Shown piece after piece: positions 1 to 8,826 of a DNA stretch of 64,000 nt. Origin of the DNA: an uncultured Solirubrobacterales bacterium (GTDB lineage Bacteria > Actinomycetota > Thermoleophilia > Solirubrobacterales > Solirubrobacteraceae); the NCBI GenBank assembly GCA_963786535.1, contig CAWAZI010000002.1, positions 45,499-109,498 of the forward strand, given 5' to 3'. Numbering within the stretch: the first letter of the stretch is position 1; every line of letters starts with the position of its first letter. Below the pieces are notes generated by a model that was not told the origin of the DNA, searched no databases, and saw only the letters and a list, made by a program, of their open reading frames with translations. The position numbers were made by a program, and so were the translations under genes.

Positions 1-744
1 TCGGTGCTGGTGCTGCTGCCGGCGATCCTGCTGCAGATGTTCGTGGGCAACAAGCTCGGAGAGATCGAGGCGAAATACCAGCCGGCCAAGATCGCGGCGG
101 CCGAGGCGCAGTGGAGCAACTGCCAGCCGTGCTCATTCTCGGTGTTTCAGATCGGCGGCGGCAACAACGATCAGACCCCGACCCAGGTCATAGCGATCCC
201 GCACCTGCTCTCGATCCTCGCGACCGGGACCTGGGGCGGCGCGGTGATCGGGCTGAACCAGCTGCAAAAGGAAGACGTCGCCAAATACGGACCCGGCAAC
301 TACATCCCCGACGTGTTCATCCAGTACTGGTCGATGCGCGTGATGGCCTACCTGGGGTCGTTGATCGCGCTGCTGGCGCTGTGGGGCGCGTGGCTCGTGC
401 ACAAGGGCACGCTCGCTCGCTCGAAGTGGTTCCTGCGCGCGAGCCTAGGGGCGGTGGTGACGCCGTTCGTGATGAACACCGCGGGCTGGCTGCTGACCGA
501 GAGCGGGCGCCAGCCGTGGATCGTGCAGGGACTGATGAAGACCGTCAACGCCAACTCGCCGTCGGTCACCGCCACCGATATCTGGATCAGCCTGATCAGC
601 TTCGTGCTGATCTATCTCGCGCTCGGCGCCGCGGACCTGGTCCTGATGCTCCGCTATGCCCGCAAGGGCCTGGACCCCGACGAGGATGGCCCCGACGGGT
701 CGAGCACAGGCGCGCAGACCCCAACCCCGGCCATGAGCTACTAG
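1..744 (+). CDS. cydA: Cytochrome bd ubiquinol oxidase subunit I (5' truncated by the window)
   Basis: Motifs QPAKIAAAE and GWLLTESGRQPWIV; lies directly upstream of cydB. Confidence 0.93.
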   Translation, partial: SVLVLLPAILLQMFVGNKLGEIEAKYQPAKIAAAEAQWSNCQPCSFSVFQIGGGNNDQTPTQVIAIPHLLSILATGTWGGAVIGLNQLQKEDVAKYGPGNYIPDVFIQYWSMRVMAYLGSLIALLALWGAWLVHKGTLARSKWFLRASLGAVVTPFVMNTAGWLLTESGRQPWIVQGLMKTVNANSPSVTATDIWISLISFVLIYLALGAADLVLMLRYARKGLDPDEDGPDGSSTGAQTPTPAMSY

Positions 745-761
745 GAAGTCGAGTAGTAGTC

Positions 762-1820
762 GTGCAACTGCACACCATCTGGTTCGTGATCATCAGCATC
801 TTCTGGATCGGATTCTTCGTGCTCGAGGGCTTTGACTTCGGCGTCGGCGCGTTGCACACGATCGTCGGGCGCAGCGACTCCGAGCGCAAGCTCGCGCTGA
901 GCACGATCGGCCCCTGGTGGGACGGAAACGAGGTCTGGCTGGTCGTGGCCGGCGCCGGGATGTTCGCGGCGTTCCCCGGCTGGTACGCGACGATGTTCTC
1001 GGCGCTGTACCTGGCGCTGCTGCTCGTGCTCGTCGCGTTGATGGCGCGTGGCGTGGCGTTTGAGTTCAAAGACAAAAGCGAGAGTCCCCGCTGGCGAACG
1101 ACTTGGCGGTGGGCGATGACGATCGGCTGCCTGCTGATCCCGCTGCTGCTCGGCGTCGGACTGGGCGATCTGCTGAACGGCCTGCCGATCGACTCGAGCC
1201 ACGAGTACACCGGCGACTTCTTCGACCTGCTCACGCCGTATGGCCTGTGGACCGGCCTGACGCTGCTCGCGCTGTGCCTGCTGCACGGCGCGACATTTCT
1301 CAAGCTCAGGACCACCGATCGCGTGCGCGAGCGCGCTCGCGCCGCCGCGCGCCCGCTGGGCTGGGCGGCGATCGCGTTCGTGGTGGGCTGGGTGATCTGG
1401 ACGCGCAGCGTCGCGGGCGGTCCCGACGTGCCCCAGCCCGTGGAGATTCTCGCGGTGATCGCGGCTGCCTTCGCGGCGCGGCTGGCGATGAGCGACCATG
1501 ACGGCCCGGCCTTCGCCTCCTCCGCCGTCGCGATCGCCGCGACCGTCGGCTCGATCTTCATCGATCTGTATCCGAACGTGATGGTCTCCAGCACCAGCGC
1601 CGCGTACAACCTCACGGTCAACAACGTCGCCTCCGGCCACTACGCGCTGACCGTGATGACTGTCGTCGCCGTGATCTTCTTCCCGCTCGTGCTGGTCTAC
1701 CAGGGCTGGTCTTTTCACGTCTTTCGTGGCCGCCTGAAGGCCGCGCAGGCGCAACCCGATTCGCCGGTCGCAACGTCATCGGGGACGCCGGCGGGACCGC
1801 CGATCCAGGCCGGCGGATGA
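762..1820 (+). CDS. cydB: Cytochrome bd oxidase subunit II
   Basis: FFVLEGFDFGVG and IGPWWDGNEVWL motifs; GTG start at 762 inside ORF 111..1820. Confidence 0.93.
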   Translation: MQLHTIWFVIISIFWIGFFVLEGFDFGVGALHTIVGRSDSERKLALSTIGPWWDGNEVWLVVAGAGMFAAFPGWYATMFSALYLALLLVLVALMARGVAFEFKDKSESPRWRTTWRWAMTIGCLLIPLLLGVGLGDLLNGLPIDSSHEYTGDFFDLLTPYGLWTGLTLLALCLLHGATFLKLRTTDRVRERARAAARPLGWAAIAFVVGWVIWTRSVAGGPDVPQPVEILAVIAAAFAARLAMSDHDGPAFASSAVAIAATVGSIFIDLYPNVMVSSTSAAYNLTVNNVASGHYALTVMTVVAVIFFPLVLVYQGWSFHVFRGRLKAAQAQPDSPVATSSGTPAGPPIQAGG

Positions 1821-3184
1821 CCGACGCATCAGCCCATAGGGTGGTCATCGTCGGCGGCGGCTTCGGCGGCCTGTTCGCGGCGAAGTTCCTGCGCCGTGCG
1901 CCGGTGCAGGTCACGCTGATCGACCGCACCAACCATCACACGTTTCAGCCGCTGCTCTACCAGCTGGCGACGGGAATCCTGTCGGAGGGCGCGGTCGCGC
2001 CACCACTGCGTGAGGTGTTGCGCAAGCACCGCAACGTCCACGTCGAGCTCGCGGACGTCACGGGATTCGACCTGCAGGCGCGAACCGTGACCGCGGCCAG
2101 GCCATTGGGGTCGGCCATCACAGTTCCGTATGACTCCCTGATCGTGGCGGCCGGCGCCACGGGCTCTTATTTCGGACACGACGAGTTCGCGCGCTTCGCT
2201 CCGGGGATGAAGACCGTGGACGACGCCCTGGAGCTGCGCGGGCGCATCTTCGGCGCGTTCGAGATGGCCGAGATCGAGGAGGACCCCGAGCTCCGGCGGG
2301 CGTGGATGACGTTCGCGGTGATCGGCGCCGGACCCACGGGCGTGGAGATGGCCGGACAGATCGCGGAGCTCTCGCGGCGATCGTTGAAGGGGAACTTCCG
2401 CAGGATCGATCCGGCCGGCGCGCGGGTGCTCCTCCTCGACGGCGGGGAGGCGCCCCTCGCCACGTTCGGCGAGGAGCTCTCGGCGAAGGCCACGAGCCAG
2501 ATCGAACGCACGGGCGTCCAGCTGCGGATGCGCAGCATCGTGACCGACGTGAAACCCGACGCGATCGTCGTCCAGGGCCCCGACGGCGAGGAACGCGTCG
2601 CGTGCCACACGAAGGTGTGGTCGGCGGGTGTTCAGGCCTCTCCGCTGGGTGAGATGCTGATCGAGGCCACCGGCGCCGGGACCGACCGCGCCGGACACGT
2701 GCAGGTGCTCCCCGACTGCTCGTTGCCAGGCCATCCGGAGGTGTTCGTCGTCGGCGACATGATGTCGCTGAACGGGCTCCCGGGGGTCGCGGAGGTCGCG
2801 ATGCAGTCGGGCATCCACGCGGCTCGCACGATCAGGCGGCGCGTGCAGGGCGACGATGGCGAGGCCAAGCCGTTTCAGTATCGCGATCTCGGCAGCATGG
2901 CGACGATCTCGCGCTTTCGCGCGATCGTGAGCTTCAAGGGCCTCAAGATCGGCGGATTCGTCGGCTGGCTGATGTGGGCATTCGTGCACCTCACATTCCT
3001 CACGGGCTTTAAGAACCGCTGGATCGCGCTGTTCAAGTGGCTGACCGCATTCATCGGCAGCGCCAGGGACGAGCGAACGATCACGATGCAGCAGGTCTCC
3101 GCTCGCATCGTCGGGATGCGGGTGGGGGTCAAGTCGGGCGAGGAAAGCATGGCCCGATTCGTCGAGGACGACGCCGCGCCCTGA
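1817..3184 (+). CDS. ndh: Type II NADH dehydrogenase
   Basis: VVIVGGGFGG, HTFQPLLYQ and IGAGPTGVEMAG motifs; ATGA overlap with cydB. Confidence 0.88.
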   Translation: MTDASAHRVVIVGGGFGGLFAAKFLRRAPVQVTLIDRTNHHTFQPLLYQLATGILSEGAVAPPLREVLRKHRNVHVELADVTGFDLQARTVTAARPLGSAITVPYDSLIVAAGATGSYFGHDEFARFAPGMKTVDDALELRGRIFGAFEMAEIEEDPELRRAWMTFAVIGAGPTGVEMAGQIAELSRRSLKGNFRRIDPAGARVLLLDGGEAPLATFGEELSAKATSQIERTGVQLRMRSIVTDVKPDAIVVQGPDGEERVACHTKVWSAGVQASPLGEMLIEATGAGTDRAGHVQVLPDCSLPGHPEVFVVGDMMSLNGLPGVAEVAMQSGIHAARTIRRRVQGDDGEAKPFQYRDLGSMATISRFRAIVSFKGLKIGGFVGWLMWAFVHLTFLTGFKNRWIALFKWLTAFIGSARDERTITMQQVSARIVGMRVGVKSGEESMARFVEDDAAP

Positions 3185-3285
3185 ACCGCGGGCCACGCGC
3201 ACGACAAGCCACGCCAGACAGCGGACCCGCCCGAAGACCGGCTGCGGCTCGCCTCCATGAGCTGAACGACTTCCGGGTCCTGCGC

Positions 3286-5046
3286 TCAGCCGATCTCCCG
3301 CCGCCAAAGGTCGGCGTAGCGACCGCCGAGCGCGAGCAGCTCGCCGTGGGCGCCTCGCTCCACCACGCGGCCGCGATCGAGCATCAGCACCTCGTCGACC
3401 TCCTCCAGGCCGGCCAGCCGGTGGGTGATCAGCAGGGTGCCCGTCTCCCGCGTGACCGCCAGCAGATCGGCGACGATCGCATCCGCCGTCTGCGTGTCGA
3501 GATGCTCGCCAGGCTCGTCCAGGACGATCAGCGGGAAGTCCGCGAGCAGGGCCCTGGCGATCGCCAGGCGCTGTCGCTGACCGCCGGACATACGCGCGCC
3601 GCGCTCCCCCACCTCCGTGCTCAGCCCCGCGGGCAGCTGCTCGGTCCAGTCGAGCAATCGCACCTTCGCGAGGGCCGCGCGCAGGTCGTCCATACTCGCC
3701 CCGCGACGGGCCAGCCGCAGGTTCTCCTCGAGCGTGCTGTCGAACACATGCGCGTCCTGCGAAACCAGCCCGACGACCGTGCGGCACTGATCGCCGTCGA
3801 GGTCGGCGATCTCCACGTCATCGAGCGTGACGGACCCGCCGTCGTAGGGGAGGAACCGCAGCAGCACCCCGGCGAGCGTCGACTTGCCGGCGCCGCTTGC
3901 TCCCACGACGGCCACCCGCCGGCCCGGGCGCAGATCGAGGTCGACCCCATCCAGCGCCGGGCGAGCGGCGCCCGGGTAGGTGAAGCGCAGGCCGCGCGCG
4001 CGCAGGGCGTGCGGTGCGGGTGCAAGCGCGAGCGGATGCGCCGGCTCGCTCACGGGCGCCGGCGTGTTCATCACCTCGAACACCCGTGCGGCGCAGCGGC
4101 GCACGCGCTGGAGCGTCTGGGTCGCCGTGGGCAGGCCCGTGACGAGCTCGAAAGAGATCAGCGGGATCAGCGCCAGCCCCGCGAGCAGCACGCCGTCCAG
4201 CCTGCCCGCGTGGACCGCCGCCACGCCGACCAGCAGAGCCCCCCACATCGCCAGGCCGCAGCACAGGCTCGTGAGGCCCTGGCCGATGCCCGCCGTGCGA
4301 GCGCTCGCCCCGGCGATGCGGGTCAGGAGCGCGTCCGCGGCGAGCGTGCGGCGCAGCTGCTCCTGAGCGCCCCCGTTGACGATCAGCTCCGGCGCGCCCT
4401 CGATCAGGTCGACGACGCTGGAGGTCAGCTCCGCGCGCGCCGCCGCCTGGCGTCCCTCGCCGCGGGCGGCGAGCCTCCCGGTCAGCCACGGCACGAGCGT
4501 CGCGGCGATCACAAGCGCCGCCAGCAGGATCAGGCCGGCCGCCGGGAGCATCGACCACACCAGCGCAACCGTCGCCGCGCCCACGCCGAGGGCGATGGCG
4601 AAGGGCCCCACCACTCCCAGCAGCAGGTCCTGCAGCGCGTCGACGTCGTGGACGAGTCGCGCGAGCAGATCGCCGCTTCCGAACGCGGGCAGGCCGAGCG
4701 GAGCGAGCCGCTCCAGGCGCGTGTAGAGAGAGACCCTGAGCTCCGACAGCACGCGGAAGGCCGCGTCGTGGCCGACCAGCCGCTCCCCGTAACGGCACAG
4801 ACCGCGCGCGAGGGCGAAGAACTGCACGCCGACGATCGCGATCGCGACCGCCGACTCCTGCGGGCGCTGCGCCGAGCGCGAGATCAGCCAGGCCGAGGTC
4901 GCGATCAGGCCGATCGCAGCGGCGACGGCGCCCGCCCCGAGCAGCGTCGCGAGCGCCAGGCGCCCAGCGGCTGGGCGAGCGATCGCGAGCGTGTGCAGCA
5001 GTGGTGCCTGCGGGCCGTCGTCCTGCTCTATGGGGGACGGGAGCAT
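3286..5046 (-). CDS. cydC: Thiol reductant ABC exporter subunit CydC
   Basis: RYGERLVGHD, Walker A GASGAGKS and SGGQRQR; TGATG overlap with the cydD stop gives an ATG at 5046. Confidence 0.9.
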   Translation of the reverse strand: MLPSPIEQDDGPQAPLLHTLAIARPAAGRLALATLLGAGAVAAAIGLIATSAWLISRSAQRPQESAVAIAIVGVQFFALARGLCRYGERLVGHDAAFRVLSELRVSLYTRLERLAPLGLPAFGSGDLLARLVHDVDALQDLLLGVVGPFAIALGVGAATVALVWSMLPAAGLILLAALVIAATLVPWLTGRLAARGEGRQAAARAELTSSVVDLIEGAPELIVNGGAQEQLRRTLAADALLTRIAGASARTAGIGQGLTSLCCGLAMWGALLVGVAAVHAGRLDGVLLAGLALIPLISFELVTGLPTATQTLQRVRRCAARVFEVMNTPAPVSEPAHPLALAPAPHALRARGLRFTYPGAARPALDGVDLDLRPGRRVAVVGASGAGKSTLAGVLLRFLPYDGGSVTLDDVEIADLDGDQCRTVVGLVSQDAHVFDSTLEENLRLARRGASMDDLRAALAKVRLLDWTEQLPAGLSTEVGERGARMSGGQRQRLAIARALLADFPLIVLDEPGEHLDTQTADAIVADLLAVTRETGTLLITHRLAGLEEVDEVLMLDRGRVVERGAHGELLALGGRYADLWRREIG

Positions 5047-6728
5047 CACGCCGCGACCTCCGAGGAGAAGCAACCTGCCGCGACCTCGGCCGGGACCAGC
5101 GAGAACACCCGATCGGCCATCTCCACGAGCGCCGGGCGATGGGCGACGAGCACCACCGTGCGCCCGCGCGCGAGGCGGCGGATGGACTGCACGATCGCCT
5201 GCTCGGTGTGGCCATCGAGGCCGGCGGTCGGCTCGTCGAGCAGCAGCAGCGGCGCGTCGCGCAGGAACGCGCGGGCCAGAGCCAGGCGCTGTCGCTCGCC
5301 CGCGGACAGCCCGGCGCCACGGTCACCGAGGATCGTGTCCAGACCCGCGGGCAGGCTGGTCACGACGTCTGCGAGGCCGGCGTCTGCGAGCGCAACCCAG
5401 ACCTCCTCCTCAGAAGCCTCACGACGACCGACGCGTACGTTGTCAGCGATCGACGCGTTGAACAGGTGCGGTCGCTGCGGCACCCACGCCAGCCGTGCCC
5501 GCCACGCGTCAGGGTCCAGCTCGGCGAGCTCGATCTCGCCAACCCGGATAGAGCCCGCATCGGGGTCGAGCAGCCCAAGCAGGGCGCTGAGCAACGTGGA
5601 CTTGCCACAGCCGCTGGGACCGACTAGCGCCAGCGTCTCCCCCGCCGTCACCGTCAGCGAGACATCCGCGAGCGCGGGCTCGGAGCGGCCGGGGTAGGTG
5701 ACGCACAGGCCGTCGATCGCCAGATCGCAGACCGCCGGATCGGGAACATCAGTGCGCGTACCCGCGGGCGCCAACGGTGTCTCGAGCACCGCGAAAACCA
5801 GCTCAGCGGCGGCCATGCCCTCGGCGCTCGCGTGGTAGTTGGCGCCCAGCCGGCGCAGCGGCAGGTACGCCTCGGGGGCGAGCACGAGCGCGAACAGCGC
5901 GGTGCGCAGGTCGAGGCGCCCGTCCATCAGGCGCAGGCCGATCGCCACCGCCACGAGCGCGACGGCGATCGTCGCGACGAGCTCGAGGATCAGCGAGGAC
6001 AGGAACGTGACCCGCAGCGTGGACATCGCGGTCGTGCGGTAGCGCTCGGCGATCTCGCGGATGGAGGCCGCCTGCGCCCGTGCCCGCCCGAACACCTTCA
6101 GCGTGGGCAGTCCCGCGACGACGTCGAGGAAGTGGCCCGCCAGCCGCTCCAGGGTCCGGAATTGGCGGTCCATGCGCTCCCGTGTGGTGGCGCCCACCAG
6201 CGCCATGAACACCGGAATCAGCGGGATCGTGAACGCGATGATCGCCGCCGAGATCCAGTCGTTCCAGAGCACCGCCGCGATCACCACGACGGGCACGATG
6301 ATGGCGAGGAACAGCTGCGGCAGGTATAGCGAGAAGTAGCCGTCCAGCACGTCTATCCCGCGCGTGGCGAGGATCGCAAGCTCGCCCGTTCGCTGCTCGC
6401 GGGAGCGCTCGGAGGAGAGCGCCGGGATACGCGCCAGCAATGCGCCGCGCAGCTGCGACTTCGCGCTCGCCGAACAGCGGCTCGCCGCGAGCTCAGCTCC
6501 CCACGCCAGGCCCGCACGAGCAAGGACGACCACGAACAGCGCGGCCAGCGGTGCGTGCAGCTGCGCGGGGCTTCTCTCGCCGATGAACGCGCGCGATACG
6601 ACATCCGCGAGCAGCCACGCCTGAGTGACGATCAGCAGCGCGCTGAAGACGCCGAGCGAGACCGAGACGAACAGGAACGTGCGGGTCGCCCGCGCGTACC
6701 GGAGCAATCTCGGATCGAGCGCCCTCAC
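5046..6728 (-). CDS. cydD: Thiol reductant ABC exporter subunit CydD
   Basis: N-terminus MRALDPRLLRYA, LAPEAYLPLR, GPSGCGKS and LSAGERQR. Confidence 0.9.
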   Translation of the reverse strand: MRALDPRLLRYARATRTFLFVSVSLGVFSALLIVTQAWLLADVVSRAFIGERSPAQLHAPLAALFVVVLARAGLAWGAELAASRCSASAKSQLRGALLARIPALSSERSREQRTGELAILATRGIDVLDGYFSLYLPQLFLAIIVPVVVIAAVLWNDWISAAIIAFTIPLIPVFMALVGATTRERMDRQFRTLERLAGHFLDVVAGLPTLKVFGRARAQAASIREIAERYRTTAMSTLRVTFLSSLILELVATIAVALVAVAIGLRLMDGRLDLRTALFALVLAPEAYLPLRRLGANYHASAEGMAAAELVFAVLETPLAPAGTRTDVPDPAVCDLAIDGLCVTYPGRSEPALADVSLTVTAGETLALVGPSGCGKSTLLSALLGLLDPDAGSIRVGEIELAELDPDAWRARLAWVPQRPHLFNASIADNVRVGRREASEEEVWVALADAGLADVVTSLPAGLDTILGDRGAGLSAGERQRLALARAFLRDAPLLLLDEPTAGLDGHTEQAIVQSIRRLARGRTVVLVAHRPALVEMADRVFSLVPAEVAAGCFSSEVAA

Positions 6729-6746
6729 CGCTCAATCATGCCGAAG

Positions 6747-6867
6747 GCCTACACCGCATGCGGTGTAGGCGCCAGGGCCGCATGCGGCCCTGGCTGGAAA
6801 CCGCGCATGCGCGGTTTCCCCTGACGGTGCATGCACCGTCAGGCCATGCGGCGCATGCGCCGCATGG
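6747..6867. repeat. Array of five perfect 24-bp palindromes, each centred on GCATGC
   Basis: 6747-6770 gcctacacc-gcatgc-ggtgtaggc; 6771-6794 gccagggcc-gcatgc-ggccctggc; 6796-6819 ggaaaccgc-gcatgc-gcggtttcc; 6820-6843 cctgacggt-gcatgc-accgtcagg; 6844-6867 ccatgcggc-gcatgc-gccgcatgg. Confidence 0.97.
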
Positions 6868-6875
6868 AATTGCCT

Positions 6876-8807
6876 TCAGGAGATCTCCGCCAACCGCTCC
6901 GCGAGGATGATGCGCGCCGCCGCCTCGATCAGCGCGAGATGGGAGAACGCCTGGGGAAAGTTGCCGAGGTGGCGACCGGTGGAGGTGTCGAACTCCTCGG
7001 CGTACAGCCCCAGCGGAGAGGCGACGCTCAACAGCTTTTCCATCAGGTCGCGGGCGCGCTGCTCCTCGCCGACGATCGCCAGCGCGGAGACCAGCCAGAA
7101 AGAGCAGATCAGGAAGCTGCCCTCCTTGCCGGACAGCCCGTCGTCGGTCTCGCCGGTGCGGTAGCGCAGCACGAAGCCGTCCTCGGTCAGATCGTCGGCG
7201 ATCGCCAGCACGCTCGCGCGCAGACGCTCGTCCTCGGCTGGCAAGAAGCCGAAGAGAGCGGCCAGCAGCGTGGAGGCGTCGAGCGCGTCGGTGTCATAGT
7301 GCTGGCGCAGGACGCCGCCGTCGGTGAGACCGTGCTCCAGGATGTCGGCCTTGATCTCCTCGGCCGTAGCCGCCCAGGTGGACTGCAGGTCGGAGTCGCC
7401 GGCCATCGCCGCGAGCTTGGCGGCGCGATCCATCGCGACCCAGCACATCAGCTTCGAGGAGACGTAATGCTGGGGGGCGCCGCGCGCCTCCCAGATGCCC
7501 TGGTCCGGTTCGCGCCAGACGGCGGTCGCGCAGGTGGCCTGCGCCTGCACGATCGGCCACAGCCTGCGCGGCAGCCGTTCGGAGCGACGGGTGTGCAGCA
7601 GGATCGAGTCAAGCGCCGCGCCGAACACGTCGTTCTGGCGCTGGTCGAAGGCGCCGTTGCCGACCCGCACTGGGCGCGCGCCGGCGTAGCCGGAGAGGTC
7701 CTCGCGCGTGGACTCGGTCAGGTCGCGACGCCCGTCGATCCCGTACATGATCTGCAGGGCGCCGTCTGAGTTGGGCTCGAGGTCGGCGACGAACTGCATG
7801 AACTCCTCCGCCTCCCAGTCGAGGTTGAGGTAGTGCAGCGCCTGCAGCGTGAACGTCGAGTCGCGCAGCCAGGTGTAGCGGTAGTCCCAGTTGCGCTCTC
7901 CCCCGGGCGTCTCCGGCAAGGAGGTCGTCAACGCCGCGACGGTCGCGCCCGTGGGCATGTACGTGAGACCCTTGATCGCCAGCGCCGAGCGCTGGATCGC
8001 CTCGCGCCAGCGGTGATCGGGCAGGCGCGCGCGCCCGAGCCAGCCGCGCCAGTAGCGGGCGGTGGTGGCCAGGCGCGCGTTGGCGTCATCGATATGGCTG
8101 GGCGCCTCCAGCTCGCCCGCCCAGGAGAGCGCGCAGAAGATCTGCTCGCCCTGTTTGAGCACGTGCCGAGCGCGAACCCAGTCGCCCTCGACGCCGACGG
8201 TCATGTCGGTCTTGAGCCTCACGGTGAGCTCAGCGCCGGTCGCGTCGGCGCAGTGGCCCTCCTGCGAGATCGACCACGTGGCCGGGACGCGCCCGTAGTC
8301 GAAGACCGGTTCGCAGGTCAGCTCGATCTCGACTTCGCCCTCCAGGCAGATCGCCACGCGCACGAGCAGGTGCTCGGCGTCTTCGTCGGTCGGAGGACGG
8401 GTGTGGGGCGTGACGAGGTCCACGCCGCGGCGGGGTCCAAGCGTGAGCGCGTCACGCACGGCCAGCCAGCCGGTGGGCGTCGTCCAGGTGGTGAGCAGCG
8501 TGTTCGTGCCCGGCTCATAGACACGCGCGGAGGGCACGTTGATGCCGAAAGGCGCGAAGCGGAAGGCGCCCGCCTGACGATCGAGCAGCGTGCCGAACAC
8601 GCTCGGAGAGTCAAACCGGGGAACGCACAGCCAGTCGACCGCGCCGTCGGGCGCGATCAGCGCGCCTGTGTGGCAGTTGGACAGGAAGGCGTAGTCGGCG
8701 ATCGGCGGGAACGGAGAAGGGGCCGCGGCGCTCTGGGGCATGGTGGGCTCGGCGTGACCGTCCGCCGCCGCGGAGGAGCCCGTGCTCTTGGCTTTCTCCG
8801 GACTCAT
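6876..8807 (-). CDS. Glycoside hydrolase family 15 (trehalase/glucoamylase-like)
   Basis: VDWLCVPRFDSPS, GGERNWDYRYTWLRD and LGNFPQAFSH motifs. Confidence 0.9.
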   Translation of the reverse strand: MSPEKAKSTGSSAAADGHAEPTMPQSAAAPSPFPPIADYAFLSNCHTGALIAPDGAVDWLCVPRFDSPSVFGTLLDRQAGAFRFAPFGINVPSARVYEPGTNTLLTTWTTPTGWLAVRDALTLGPRRGVDLVTPHTRPPTDEDAEHLLVRVAICLEGEVEIELTCEPVFDYGRVPATWSISQEGHCADATGAELTVRLKTDMTVGVEGDWVRARHVLKQGEQIFCALSWAGELEAPSHIDDANARLATTARYWRGWLGRARLPDHRWREAIQRSALAIKGLTYMPTGATVAALTTSLPETPGGERNWDYRYTWLRDSTFTLQALHYLNLDWEAEEFMQFVADLEPNSDGALQIMYGIDGRRDLTESTREDLSGYAGARPVRVGNGAFDQRQNDVFGAALDSILLHTRRSERLPRRLWPIVQAQATCATAVWREPDQGIWEARGAPQHYVSSKLMCWVAMDRAAKLAAMAGDSDLQSTWAATAEEIKADILEHGLTDGGVLRQHYDTDALDASTLLAALFGFLPAEDERLRASVLAIADDLTEDGFVLRYRTGETDDGLSGKEGSFLICSFWLVSALAIVGEEQRARDLMEKLLSVASPLGLYAEEFDTSTGRHLGNFPQAFSHLALIEAAARIILAERLAEIS

Positions 8808-8826
8808 CGGGCACGCTCGACGCGAC

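Noticed and set aside
3037-5697. 886-aa plus-strand ORF and many other long Arg/Ala/Pro-rich ORFs (e.g. 1829..3787, 27504..29513, 32197..34338)
   Set aside because: Shadow frames of real genes in high-GC DNA, with no recognisable motifs.
6747-6867. Palindrome array as a CRISPR array
   Set aside because: The constant part is only 6 nt, the variable parts are self-complementary, and no cas genes are present.
6840-6870. MRRMRRM peptide readable on both strands
   Set aside because: A trivial consequence of palindrome 5; no ribosome-binding site or other support.
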